DNA of 64,000 bases, taken from sequence record NC_019405.1. One strand, given 5' to 3'. Below the pieces are notes generated by a model that saw nothing but the letters and a program-made list of their open reading frames with translations, was not told the DNA's origin and ran no database searches. A program made the position numbers and the translations under genes. Shown here in pieces: positions 50,928-59,542 of this stretch. Numbering within the stretch: position 1 is the first letter of the stretch; the number at the start of each line of letters is the position of its first letter.

Positions 50928-51424
50928 TCCGCTCGCGTAACGAGCCGCCCGAGGTCACCGCCAGCAAGATGGCCGAGCGGTGGTCGGCCCAAAAGAACCT
51001 CATCAGCGGTTTCCTGGCGGGGCCGGCGGAGGCGCTGAACGCCAATTGGCAGTATGTGAGCGCGCTCCTCTGGGCGCACTGTGATCTGCGGGTCGTGGGG
51101 GATTGGCAGGACCGCCCGGTGCGAGGCTGGACGGCCGAGTCCATCAACGCGCCGTTCGACATCTGCATGATCGAGGACCGTGCCTCGGCGACGATCCAGA
51201 ACGGCGATCTCGCCGTGACCATGCTCACCACGCTCCTGCCGCATGCGGAGATCACGATCACCAAGGCGTCCGGACGCAACTGGGATTGGGAAGTCCTGGT
51301 CGACACCCGTTTCGCCGCCCACGCCAAGTTCGAGGGCATGGTCTGGGGCTTTGGCCCCAGCATCGCCCTGGCGGCTTGGCGCGCCTATTTCAGCTACGTC
51401 AACAAGGAGCCCACCGATGTCTGA
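50924..51424 (+). CDS. hypothetical protein (166 aa)
   Basis: Coupled ORF. Confidence 0.7.
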   Translation: MIRSRNEPPEVTASKMAERWSAQKNLISGFLAGPAEALNANWQYVSALLWAHCDLRVVGDWQDRPVRGWTAESINAPFDICMIEDRASATIQNGDLAVTMLTTLLPHAEITITKASGRNWDWEVLVDTRFAAHAKFEGMVWGFGPSIALAAWRAYFSYVNKEPTDV

Positions 51425-51635
51425 CGTCTTCGACGAGGTCGAGCGCCGCCTGAACCGCCGGCGTCCTGGCTTCTGGATTCACAAGGTCGCTATCGCGATC
51501 ATCGTGGTGATCGGCCTGTTGGTCGTCGCCGGCGCCGCCGTCCAGGTCTTCAACCCGACCCTGGCGGTCCAGTGGCAGGCCAAGCAGGACGCGGCCTATG
51601 ACCGCGCCTACGAAGAAGCCCGGCGGGCCGAGTGA
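51417..51635 (+). CDS. small membrane protein (72 aa)
   Basis: Single TM helix; AAGGAG SD. Confidence 0.7.
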   Translation: MSDVFDEVERRLNRRRPGFWIHKVAIAIIVVIGLLVVAGAAVQVFNPTLAVQWQAKQDAAYDRAYEEARRAE

Positions 51636-52126
51636 TGGCGATCTTCGCGCCTGAATACACCTGGGAGGCGATCGGCACCGATGTCGCCGTTGGCCTGACC
51701 GAGGCGGTGATCCGGGGCGAGGCCGCGCCGGTCTGCGTCGGCTCCTCGCTGCACGCCATGGAATTCCATGTCATCTGGCGCGGCGATCTCTACCGGGCCT
51801 TCACCGGCATGGGGAGCGATCCCGACTGGACCTGCGCCGAGAAGGGCGTGCGGGTTCCGCATCCGCTGGACGGCAAGAAGATCGACGAGATCGAGAAGGT
51901 CCAGTATCGCGACGAGGAACGCTACCGCCGCGAGATCGAGACCATGCCCGGCCGGCACCTCTACATCTGCCGCAAGACCGACGACCTCCAGGACATCCTC
52001 GCCCGCATCCCGATGGACCTGCGGATGCGCCACGAGATGTCGAACATGATCACCCTCCTGGCCCGGATGATGCTGGTCCAGAACTCCACCCGCACGCTTT
52101 CCCGCTCCAAACTCGACCGGTTCTGA
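51632..52126 (+). CDS. hypothetical protein (164 aa)
   Basis: Coupled ORF (start 51632 or 51635). Confidence 0.7.
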   Translation: MMAIFAPEYTWEAIGTDVAVGLTEAVIRGEAAPVCVGSSLHAMEFHVIWRGDLYRAFTGMGSDPDWTCAEKGVRVPHPLDGKKIDEIEKVQYRDEERYRREIETMPGRHLYICRKTDDLQDILARIPMDLRMRHEMSNMITLLARMMLVQNSTRTLSRSKLDRF

Positions 52127-52127
52127 C

Positions 52128-52649
52128 ATGACCACCCAACGCCTCGATTTCTCCAGCGACGTCAACTGGCCCCCGAAGGTCGACTTCGATCTCAAGAAGC
52201 TGCGCTACGACGTGGCGGTCGAAATCCTGGAGACCCTGTGGCCCAAGCATCGCCACGACAAGCGCCACGACCTGTCGCTGCTGGGCTCGCTCTGCAAGGT
52301 CAAGTTCGGCGCGGCGGGCTTCAAGGCCGACGACATCAAGGAGCAGACCCTGGCGGTCATGCGCACGCTCGAAGCGGCCAACTTCGTGCGCAACGACGGC
52401 GGCGACTGGCACCTGACGGCGACCGGGGCGATCTGGGTCCTGGTGGCCCGGACTGCGCCCTCGGGCTGGGCGACCGAGAGCGCCCTGCTTCACCACATCG
52501 AACTGGCGACCTTCCCCGCCGCCGAGATCATCTGGGCGGTCGAGTCCTGCCCCTATTTCCACATCCGCAAGGGAAGCCTGTTCGACGACAAGGTCTTCGA
52601 TCTCCAGGCCTACCAGCAGCCGCTCGACGGGTGGAACGGATGGCGCTGA
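52128..52649 (+). CDS. hypothetical protein with winged-helix-like motif (173 aa)
   Basis: VMRTLEAANFV....W.LTATG. Confidence 0.7.
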   Translation: MTTQRLDFSSDVNWPPKVDFDLKKLRYDVAVEILETLWPKHRHDKRHDLSLLGSLCKVKFGAAGFKADDIKEQTLAVMRTLEAANFVRNDGGDWHLTATGAIWVLVARTAPSGWATESALLHHIELATFPAAEIIWAVESCPYFHIRKGSLFDDKVFDLQAYQQPLDGWNGWR

Positions 52650-53176
52650 TCCCCAAGACCTGGGACAGCCTGATTCTCGACCTGCGGACCGCCGCCGAGG
52701 ACAAGGACCGCGAGGCCTGGGACGACGCGATCCAGGCCCTGGAAAGCGCCTTCGACGAGCATGTCGAGGGACCGCTGGAGAGCCATCCCAACACCCTGGC
52801 CTGGAAGAAGAGCCTCGACGAGAAGACGCGGTTCCTGGCCGGCTGGCGCCACTGGGGCGGCGGGGCGCGTGACGTCCCCGACGCCTACCGGGGCGACCCG
52901 CACTTCAACCGGGGCCGGTCCGGCGCGGCGATCGCCCAGGACATGAGCGCGGTGAAGGACCTTGACGCGTGTCACCATCCGGTCAAGCATCGGATCGCCG
53001 GCGGGGATAATCAGGTCCTGCCGCGCCACCCGGCCGTCTATGGCTCCTACGCGGTCGAAATCTGCCGCCTCTGCCGGGGGTGGTCCCTGGTCCAGCACGG
53101 GACGCCCCGGTGGCGTCCTGGTCCGTACTATGACGCCTACGAGAAGGCGACGCGCGAGGAAGAGGAGCGCTGCTGA
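52640..53176 (+). CDS. hypothetical protein (178 aa)
   Basis: ATG 52640. Confidence 0.7.
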   Translation: MALIPKTWDSLILDLRTAAEDKDREAWDDAIQALESAFDEHVEGPLESHPNTLAWKKSLDEKTRFLAGWRHWGGGARDVPDAYRGDPHFNRGRSGAAIAQDMSAVKDLDACHHPVKHRIAGGDNQVLPRHPAVYGSYAVEICRLCRGWSLVQHGTPRWRPGPYYDAYEKATREEEERC

Positions 53177-53871
53177 TGCTCTATGTGTTCGGGGATATCC
53201 ACGGCCGCCTCGACCTCCTGGAGAAGGCGCGACACGAAATCCGTGTACGCGGCGACTGCACGCAGATGATCTTCCTCGGGGACTATGTCGATCGCGGCCC
53301 TGACAGCAGGGGCGTGGTCGAGGCCGTGATGGCGCTCCAGGCCCAGGGCGAGATCGCCCTGATGGGCAACCATGAGGAAATGATGCTGACCGCCTGTCAG
53401 ATCAAGTCCTACAACGCCATGTCCAAGCTCTGGGTGTCGAACGGCGGCAAGCAGACCCTGAAGTCCTACGGCGCCGGCGACAATGCCTGGAACGCCAAGT
53501 GGGACCTGATCCCCCAGGAGCACGTCGACTGGCTGGCGCGGCTCAAGCCGATCCACGAGACGCCGGGGCGGGTGTTCGTTCACGCCGGCCTCGCGCCGGG
53601 CGTGGCGGTCAAGATGCAGGAGGAGGAACACCTTCTCTGGATCAGGGACAAGTTCCTCAACGCCTCGGCCGACCAGTTCGAAAAGCACGTCGTCCACGGC
53701 CACACCCACACCCATGCGCGCAAGAAGATCGAAGAGCCCGAGCTTCTCGCCCACCGGACCAACCTCGACACCGGGGCCTTCTATACCGGCGTCCTGGCCG
53801 TCGGGGTGTTCGATCCGGACGGCTATGGCGGACCCGAGGAGGTGCTGTTGATCCGCGAGGACGACGCATGA
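53176..53871 (+). CDS. PPP-family calcineurin-like metallophosphoesterase (lambda phosphatase/ApaH-like)
   Basis: GDIHG, GDYVDRG, GNHE, VHAG, VHGHT, DTG motifs. Confidence 0.92.
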   Translation: MLYVFGDIHGRLDLLEKARHEIRVRGDCTQMIFLGDYVDRGPDSRGVVEAVMALQAQGEIALMGNHEEMMLTACQIKSYNAMSKLWVSNGGKQTLKSYGAGDNAWNAKWDLIPQEHVDWLARLKPIHETPGRVFVHAGLAPGVAVKMQEEEHLLWIRDKFLNASADQFEKHVVHGHTHTHARKKIEEPELLAHRTNLDTGAFYTGVLAVGVFDPDGYGGPEEVLLIREDDA

Positions 53872-54443
53872 TCCCAGACTTCGTCCAGAAGGCGCGCAAG
53901 CTCCTGCGCCTCTATGGCGACAAGCCCAAGGTCAAGCCGGCCGATCCCGCCGCGCCGCTCGGGGGAAGCGTGTCTTCGCCGCCCCTCCCGGCGGCGCCGT
54001 CTCTATCCTCCACCCACGGGTTCTGGGGCGGCCCTGGCGGCGGCTCGATCCACGTGGGCTCCGGCCATGCGACCGCCATGGGCTCGGGCGGGGGCGGTAG
54101 CACCCAAATCCTGGTCTACAACGGCGGGACGGTGGGCTGGGCGACCATGCCCCAGGCCGTGGTCACGGATGTCAAGACGGTCAGCAAGACGCGGCCCGGC
54201 CTGACGGCGGGAGAGGACGAGGTCATCACGACCATGGTTCGCTATGGCGATGTCGAACTGGTCCTGGAGCGCGACCGCAGGTTCGCCTTCGTCCGTTTCG
54301 GCCTGGAGCTTGCCTATCCCCGTGTCTCGGGCCGTATGCTCAAGTCCTTGATCAAGAAGGGCTATCTGAAGGCTATCGAGCATGACGAGATGGGCGGGCC
54401 GCAGGTGGTGGTGGTCGTGGCGGGCAAGGTCGCGGTCTGCTGA
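53868..54443 (+). CDS. hypothetical protein (191 aa; Gly/Ser-rich linker, winged-helix-like end)
   Basis: VSGRMLKSLIKKGYL. Confidence 0.7.
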   Translation: MIPDFVQKARKLLRLYGDKPKVKPADPAAPLGGSVSSPPLPAAPSLSSTHGFWGGPGGGSIHVGSGHATAMGSGGGGSTQILVYNGGTVGWATMPQAVVTDVKTVSKTRPGLTAGEDEVITTMVRYGDVELVLERDRRFAFVRFGLELAYPRVSGRMLKSLIKKGYLKAIEHDEMGGPQVVVVVAGKVAVC

Positions 54444-54447
54444 ATTT

Positions 54448-54507
54448 TGTTGGCGTTAGAACGTTGACAGCCTCGGCGTGATGTCATAAAAGCCTCCTCG
54501 ACGACAA
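54448..54507 (+). promoter_or_regulatory. phage promoter cassette with SD-masking hairpin
   Basis: TGTTGGCG-TTAGA-ACGTTGACA-17-TAAAAG; GCCTCCTCG-ACGACAA-CGAGGAGGC. Confidence 0.88.
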
Positions 54508-54520
54508 CGAGGAGGCCCAC

Positions 54521-54940
54521 ATGGCTTACGCAATTCCGGACCTGAGCACGTTCACGTTCCACGATCCCAAGGTCGAACGTTTCGCCAAGGCGATGATCTC
54601 GACGATCGAGACCGCCCAGACCATCCTCACGGCCTTCGCCAACGATCTCGCCGACAATCCTCTTCAGGCGTTCGAGCATAGCTACGGCGCCAAGATGGCC
54701 GCCGCCCACAGGGACGTCGCCAAGGGGCTGCTCAACGAAGTCCTCGACGCGCTGCTGCACGGTCAGGACAAGACCTGGGCCTACATCGGCCAGGACCTGC
54801 GCGAGCGGCTGATGTATCGCGTGATCTACGCGGCCTCGAACCCGCCGCGCTCGACCAACGTCGAGGGCAACGACATGGCCCGCTTCGTCCTGCGCGCCGA
54901 GGCCGACATGCTCGACCGCATGACCAAGAGCCGCTTCTGA
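54521..54940 (+). CDS. hypothetical helical protein (139 aa)
   Basis: First gene after a promoter. Confidence 0.8.
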   Translation: MAYAIPDLSTFTFHDPKVERFAKAMISTIETAQTILTAFANDLADNPLQAFEHSYGAKMAAAHRDVAKGLLNEVLDALLHGQDKTWAYIGQDLRERLMYRVIYAASNPPRSTNVEGNDMARFVLRAEADMLDRMTKSRF

Positions 54941-55254
54941 TGCGGATCGTCGACTTCGCGACGTTCGTGACGCTTCCGGCTGGGACCCTCTACCAGGAGA
55001 TCGATCAGTACGGGAGCCCCATCAGCGCCCTGGCGATCCGCCACGACGTGCTGTTCGACGGCGATCGCCCGTTCGACTTCATCTACGAGGAAATCCTCTA
55101 CCAGACGGCCGACGGCTTCCTGGGCGACCCGCCGAAGCTGGCCGAGTTGGGGACCAAGCGCTGGGGGCTCTTCGATGACGAGACCCTGTTCATCGTCTAC
55201 GAGACGCAGGACCGCGCCCGGCTGGCCAAGATCATCCTGGGAGACGCCGCATGA
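54940..55254 (+). CDS. hypothetical protein (104 aa)
   Basis: F..LP.GTLY motif. Confidence 0.75.
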   Translation: MRIVDFATFVTLPAGTLYQEIDQYGSPISALAIRHDVLFDGDRPFDFIYEEILYQTADGFLGDPPKLAELGTKRWGLFDDETLFIVYETQDRARLAKIILGDAA

Positions 55255-55634
55255 AGCCGCTCGACGAACGCATCCGCGACGCGATCGACACCCCGCGCCC
55301 GGCCTGGATCGAGCGCGTCGGGAGCCGCTATCAGGTGATCACCAAGGGCGTGCTGTTCCCGAACACGCGCAATCCGGTCGGCAAGACCTGGAGCCTGAAG
55401 AGCGGCGCCCTGACCTACGTTCGCCAGCAATACCTCACCCTGCTGGAGGGCGACTGCCCGCTGCCCGCCCCGACCCAGGAAGAGCGCGACGCCTATCAGA
55501 ACGAAGGGCGCGAGCGCCGCGCCGCCGTCGAGCAACTGTCGATGGAACTGGACCGGCCCTATGCCGAGGTCTGGCGCGCGGTCCGCAACCTGGAGGCCAA
55601 GGGCCTGATCCGTTTCGAGGAGGCTCGCCCATGA
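55251..55634 (+). CDS. hypothetical protein with C-terminal winged helix (127 aa)
   Basis: QLSMELDRPYAEVWRAVRNLEAKGLI. Confidence 0.75.
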   Translation: MKPLDERIRDAIDTPRPAWIERVGSRYQVITKGVLFPNTRNPVGKTWSLKSGALTYVRQQYLTLLEGDCPLPAPTQEERDAYQNEGRERRAAVEQLSMELDRPYAEVWRAVRNLEAKGLIRFEEARP

Positions 55635-55852
55635 CGTCGCAGACCCAGAGAACCCTCATCCTGTCCGGCGTGGGCTTCTTCATCGGCTTCATGCTGGTGT
55701 TTGGCTTTATGAGCGTCTCGCAGGCCTCCTACAACCGAGGCTATCGAGACGCCAAGGCCGACACGCGCCGGGACGAGCCCGCATGCTTTACCTCCCAGCG
55801 CTGCTACCTGGGCCAGGACGCCGACGGGCGGTGGTTCATCGAGCCGAAATAG
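55631..55852 (+). CDS. small membrane protein (73 aa)
   Basis: N-terminal TM helix; Y..GY motif. Confidence 0.7.
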   Translation: MTSQTQRTLILSGVGFFIGFMLVFGFMSVSQASYNRGYRDAKADTRRDEPACFTSQRCYLGQDADGRWFIEPK

Positions 55853-55853
55853 T

Positions 55854-55912
55854 TGGCGTTCAAGTGTTGCCAAAGCTGATCTGATCAGCTAGAACCCTCG
55901 CCGACGACAACG
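55854..55912 (+). promoter_or_regulatory. phage promoter cassette with palindromic spacer
   Basis: TGGCG-TTCAA-GTGTTGCCA-17-TAGAAC then CGACGACAACG. Confidence 0.8.
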
Positions 55913-55931
55913 CAAGAGGAGCCCCCGAGCC

Positions 55932-56312
55932 GTGGAACACCTGAACCGCGCCATCGACCCCCGCATCGGCTACCTGAACTCGGGCGTCTACTACGCCTTC
56001 GTCGACGGCTACGACAAGCCCGAGACGCGGGGCACGCTAGAAGAGGTCGAGATCGCCCTGGGCCTGCGCGCTGCGAAGCCGGCTCCGACCAAGCGCATCG
56101 TCGCCGCCCAGCCGGCCGTCAAGACCTACTCGGTCCACATGCGGTTCGAATATCCGGGCTGGAGCTACGTCGACGGCATCACCTACGACGGTATGCTCGG
56201 CCGCACGAAGGCCGAAGCGATCCGCAACGCCCGCGCCGAGGCCTTTGCCGACGGTCACCTCGGCGTCGGCCAGGGCCGGGTGTGGTTCAAGGCCACGGAA
56301 GAGGACGCCTAG
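55932..56312 (+). CDS. hypothetical protein (126 aa)
   Basis: GTG with GAGGAG SD. Confidence 0.75.
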   Translation: MEHLNRAIDPRIGYLNSGVYYAFVDGYDKPETRGTLEEVEIALGLRAAKPAPTKRIVAAQPAVKTYSVHMRFEYPGWSYVDGITYDGMLGRTKAEAIRNARAEAFADGHLGVGQGRVWFKATEEDA

Positions 56313-56546
56313 ATGAGCCGCATCCGCGTCATCGACCGCGACGGGTTCATGCAGGGCTGGGTCGACGCCCGCGTCGGCCTTCCCACCTATTCCGGTCCCG
56401 TCACCCGCTGGACCGAGAAAGGCTCGTTCTGGACCACCGGCTCGGACGGCGAGGAGCGCCTGTGGAAGGCCGGCAACCACCAGCCCTGCGTCTACAGGAG
56501 CAAGCTCCGCAAGAGCGATATCATCCACGAGCGACGGGAGGGCTGA
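56313..56546 (+). CDS. hypothetical protein (77 aa)
   Basis: Adjacent ORF. Confidence 0.7.
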   Translation: MSRIRVIDRDGFMQGWVDARVGLPTYSGPVTRWTEKGSFWTTGSDGEERLWKAGNHQPCVYRSKLRKSDIIHERREG

Positions 56547-56547
56547 C

Positions 56548-56865
56548 ATGGGCCTGCTGAGCATCTACCTGACCGGCGCGGCGCTCACCGGCGCGGCGAC
56601 GGCCGTCTATCTCTTCAAGGTCCGGGCTCCGGCGACCAAGGAGACCTACACCACCACCTGGGGCTATGTCGAAACCGACGACGTCAATGAGACCGGCAAC
56701 CACCTGGGGGCGATCCTCCTGATGGCGGTCCTCTGGTTCCTCACCGTCCCGCTCGCGATCGTCATGGGCCTCTGGCATCTCCTGGTCCGCGCCATCGACA
56801 AGGCTTGGCGCCGCTGCACGCCGCGCCGCGAGAAGACGCACGTTGGCACCCATCGCTATCTGTGA
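56548..56865 (+). CDS. membrane protein (105 aa)
   Basis: Two hydrophobic segments. Confidence 0.75.
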   Translation: MGLLSIYLTGAALTGAATAVYLFKVRAPATKETYTTTWGYVETDDVNETGNHLGAILLMAVLWFLTVPLAIVMGLWHLLVRAIDKAWRRCTPRREKTHVGTHRYL

Positions 56866-56881
56866 TCGCCGCCAGCCCGGC

Positions 56882-56923
56882 TGGCTTCAGTGTGTTGACG
56901 GCGCGTCGATCGCCCGCTAAGAA
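56882..56923 (+). promoter_or_regulatory. phage promoter (upstream-operator type, no ACGACAA leader)
   Basis: TGGCT-TCAGT-GTGTTGACG-17-TAAGAA. Confidence 0.75.
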
Positions 56924-56981
56924 GGGCTGACGGTCACGCTCTGGCTGCATGAATTTTCAAGAGACAAAGGGCCTTAAGTCC

Positions 56982-59012
56982 ATGGATTTCCACGTCTTTA
57001 AGACGGCCGTCGCCAAGCAGTGGGCCGCGATGACCAAGGATGACGCGACCCTGTTCCGCGTCGACGTCGACAAGGACCTCCTGTGGTCGACCTACCTGAA
57101 GGCGTTCCCGGCTGGGACCGATCCGATCTTCCGCGAGCGCTCCGAGCACGACTGCTCGTGCTGCCGCAACTTCATCCGCAACGCCGGCGACGCCGTGGCG
57201 GTGGTCAACGGCCAGATCGTGACGATCTGGGATGGCAAGATCGAGGGCGAGCCGGCCTATCAGCAGGTCTCCCAGACCCTGGCGGCGCTGGTCCGCTCGC
57301 GCCCGGTGCGCGACATCTTCCTGCACGACCAGAAGACCATCGGGACCGACAAGAACGTCGAGACCATGCTGGGCGGCGACGTCACCTGGAACCACTTCTT
57401 CGTCAATGTCCCCTCGCGCTTCGTCAAGAAGGGCAAGGACATCCCGACCGCGCTCCACCTCCCGCGCACGGCGCAGGAAACGCTCCTGCGCGCCGTCAAT
57501 GAGATCACCGACGAGGCGATCGACACGGTGCTGGACCTGATCGCCCAGAACGCGCTCTATCGCGGCGCCGAGCACAAGGCGGCGGTGGTGGCGTTCCAGA
57601 AGGCCAAGAAGACCTTCGAGGGCCTGTCGGCCGCCGACAAGGCGCTGAAGGCTTGGGTCAACGTCGCCAGCGGCGAACTCTGGGGCTCGGTCTCGGGCAT
57701 CCGGAGCACGGTGATCGGCTCGCTGCTGGTCGACCTGTCGGCCGATGTCGACCTGGAGGAGGCGGTCAAGAAGTTCGAGGCCAAGGTCGCGCCGTACAAT
57801 TACAAGCGCACGACCGCCCTGGTGACCAAGAAGCAGATCGAGAACGCCAAGAAGACGATCTCCGACCTGGGCCTGACCTCGGCCCTGGAGCGGCGCTACG
57901 CCGTCCTCAAGGACGTGTCGATCAACGACGTGCTGTTCGCCGACCGCGACGCCAAGTCGGTGATGAACGACGTCTTCGACGATCTGGCGGCCGACGTCGC
58001 CGAGAAGACCAAGTCCTATGATAAGGTCGAGGAGGTGTCGATCGACAAGTTCCTGGCCGACATCCTCCCGAGGGTGACGAGCGTCGAGGCCCTGGTCGAG
58101 AACCGCCTGACGAGCAATTTCGTCAGCCTGATCGCGCCGGTCGATCCGACCGCCGGCTCCCTCTTCAAGTGGGGGAATAACTTCTCCTGGTCCTATGCCG
58201 GGGAGGTGGCGGACTCGATCAAGGCCCGCGTCAAGGCGGCCGGCGGCAACGTCACCGGCGATCTCTGCTGCCGTCTGGCGTGGTTCAACTATGACGACCT
58301 CGACTTCCACATGAAGGAGCCGGGCGGCAACCTGATCTACTTCCGCCAGAAGTCCTCGCCCTACACGGGCGGGCGCCTCGACGTCGACATGAACGCCGGC
58401 GGGGGCCATACCCGCGAGCCGGTCGAGAACATCTTCTACGGCGACCGCCGGACGATGAAGGAAGGCGTCTACGAACTGATGGTCCATCAGTACAGCAAGC
58501 GCGAGTCCAGCAACGTCGGCTTCGAGGTGGAGATCGACTACCTGGGCTCGGTCACCCGCTACGCCTACACCACGGCCCTGCGCCAGGAGCAGGTCGTCAA
58601 GGTGGCGCAGTTCAAGTACAGCCACGCGCGCGGCATCGAGTTCATCTCCTCGCTCCCGGCCTCGTCGGCGAGCAAGGACGTCTGGGGCGTGAAGACCGAG
58701 ACCTTCCGCAGGGTCAACGTCATCATGCTCTCGCCCAACCACTGGGAAGGCGAGCCGGGCGTGGGGAACAAGCACTGGTTCTTCATGCTGGACGGAGGCG
58801 TCAACGAGGACGGCGCCCGTGGCTTCTACAACGAGTTCCTGAAGGATAGCCTCACGCCCCACCGTCGCGTCTTCGAGATGCTGGGGTCCAAGCTGAAGCC
58901 CGCGCCGGCGACTGAACAACTCTCCGGCCTGGGCTTCTCCTCGACCAAGCGCGACGAACTCGTCGTGCGCGTCAAGGGGGCCTTCACGCGTACCCTCAAG
59001 ATCAAATTCTAA
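56982..59012 (+). CDS. large phage protein (676 aa; start 56949 possible) with Cys cluster and YfaP/DUF2135-like segment
   Basis: HDCSCCRNF; W.NYDDLDFHM.EP.G...GG.LDVDMNAG...PVENI. Confidence 0.85.
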   Translation: MDFHVFKTAVAKQWAAMTKDDATLFRVDVDKDLLWSTYLKAFPAGTDPIFRERSEHDCSCCRNFIRNAGDAVAVVNGQIVTIWDGKIEGEPAYQQVSQTLAALVRSRPVRDIFLHDQKTIGTDKNVETMLGGDVTWNHFFVNVPSRFVKKGKDIPTALHLPRTAQETLLRAVNEITDEAIDTVLDLIAQNALYRGAEHKAAVVAFQKAKKTFEGLSAADKALKAWVNVASGELWGSVSGIRSTVIGSLLVDLSADVDLEEAVKKFEAKVAPYNYKRTTALVTKKQIENAKKTISDLGLTSALERRYAVLKDVSINDVLFADRDAKSVMNDVFDDLAADVAEKTKSYDKVEEVSIDKFLADILPRVTSVEALVENRLTSNFVSLIAPVDPTAGSLFKWGNNFSWSYAGEVADSIKARVKAAGGNVTGDLCCRLAWFNYDDLDFHMKEPGGNLIYFRQKSSPYTGGRLDVDMNAGGGHTREPVENIFYGDRRTMKEGVYELMVHQYSKRESSNVGFEVEIDYLGSVTRYAYTTALRQEQVVKVAQFKYSHARGIEFISSLPASSASKDVWGVKTETFRRVNVIMLSPNHWEGEPGVGNKHWFFMLDGGVNEDGARGFYNEFLKDSLTPHRRVFEMLGSKLKPAPATEQLSGLGFSSTKRDELVVRVKGAFTRTLKIKF

Positions 59013-59031
59013 CGGAAGGACCTGAAAGACC

Positions 59032-59454
59032 ATGAGCACCGACCTCTTCGAGATCGCCGCGCGCGAGAAGTTCCGCTTCGAAAGCCCCAAGGGCCTCCTG
59101 GGCGTGGAAGAACTGTTCGACCTGCCACTGACCAGCACCGTCGCCGGCAAGGCCAACCTGAACGATATCGCCGTCGACCTGTTCAAGCAGATCAAGGACC
59201 TCGACAACATCTCGTTCGTCACGCCCAAGAAGGTCGACCCCTCGATCGGCCAGCGCCTGGACATCGTCAAGCGGGTGATCGAGATCAAGCAGGCCGAGAA
59301 CGCGGCCAAGCTGAAGACCGCCCAGGACAAGGAGACCCTGCGCATCCTCGACGAGGCGATCGCCGCCAAGAAGTCCGAGAAGATCGCCGGCACCTCGCTG
59401 GAAGACCTCGAAGCCCAGCGCGCGGCCCTGCTCTCGGGCGGCGCCTCCGCCTAA
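59032..59454 (+). CDS. hypothetical protein (140 aa), partner of the preceding gene
   Basis: FE.A.R.K.RF.S.KG....E.L.DLPL motif; coiled C-terminus. Confidence 0.85.
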   Translation: MSTDLFEIAAREKFRFESPKGLLGVEELFDLPLTSTVAGKANLNDIAVDLFKQIKDLDNISFVTPKKVDPSIGQRLDIVKRVIEIKQAENAAKLKTAQDKETLRILDEAIAAKKSEKIAGTSLEDLEAQRAALLSGGASA

Positions 59455-59480
59455 GCCTTCGGGCGGGCTGACATAGGCGC

Positions 59481-59527
59481 TTGACAACACTCTCGCGCCA
59501 ACATAGAAGGGCCTCCGACGACAACGC
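59481..59527 (+). promoter_or_regulatory. phage promoter cassette (spacer-operator type)
   Basis: TTGACA-ACACTCTCGCGCCAACA-TAGAAG then CGACGACAACG. Confidence 0.92.
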
Positions 59528-59541
59528 CGGAGGCCCTTTTT
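59507..59541 (+). terminator. terminator-like hairpin overlapping the start site and SD of the cassette
   Basis: 11-bp perfect stem AAGGGCCTCCG/CGGAGGCCCTT, loop ACGACAACGC, T-tract. Confidence 0.6.
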
Positions 59542-59542
59542 C

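Noticed and set aside
56934-59393. 819-aa minus-strand ORF
   Set aside because: Antisense shadow of the 676-aa and 140-aa plus genes
59456-59465. GCC-TTCG-GGC hairpin after the two-gene unit
   Set aside because: Only a 3-4 bp stem and no T-tract; not called as a terminator
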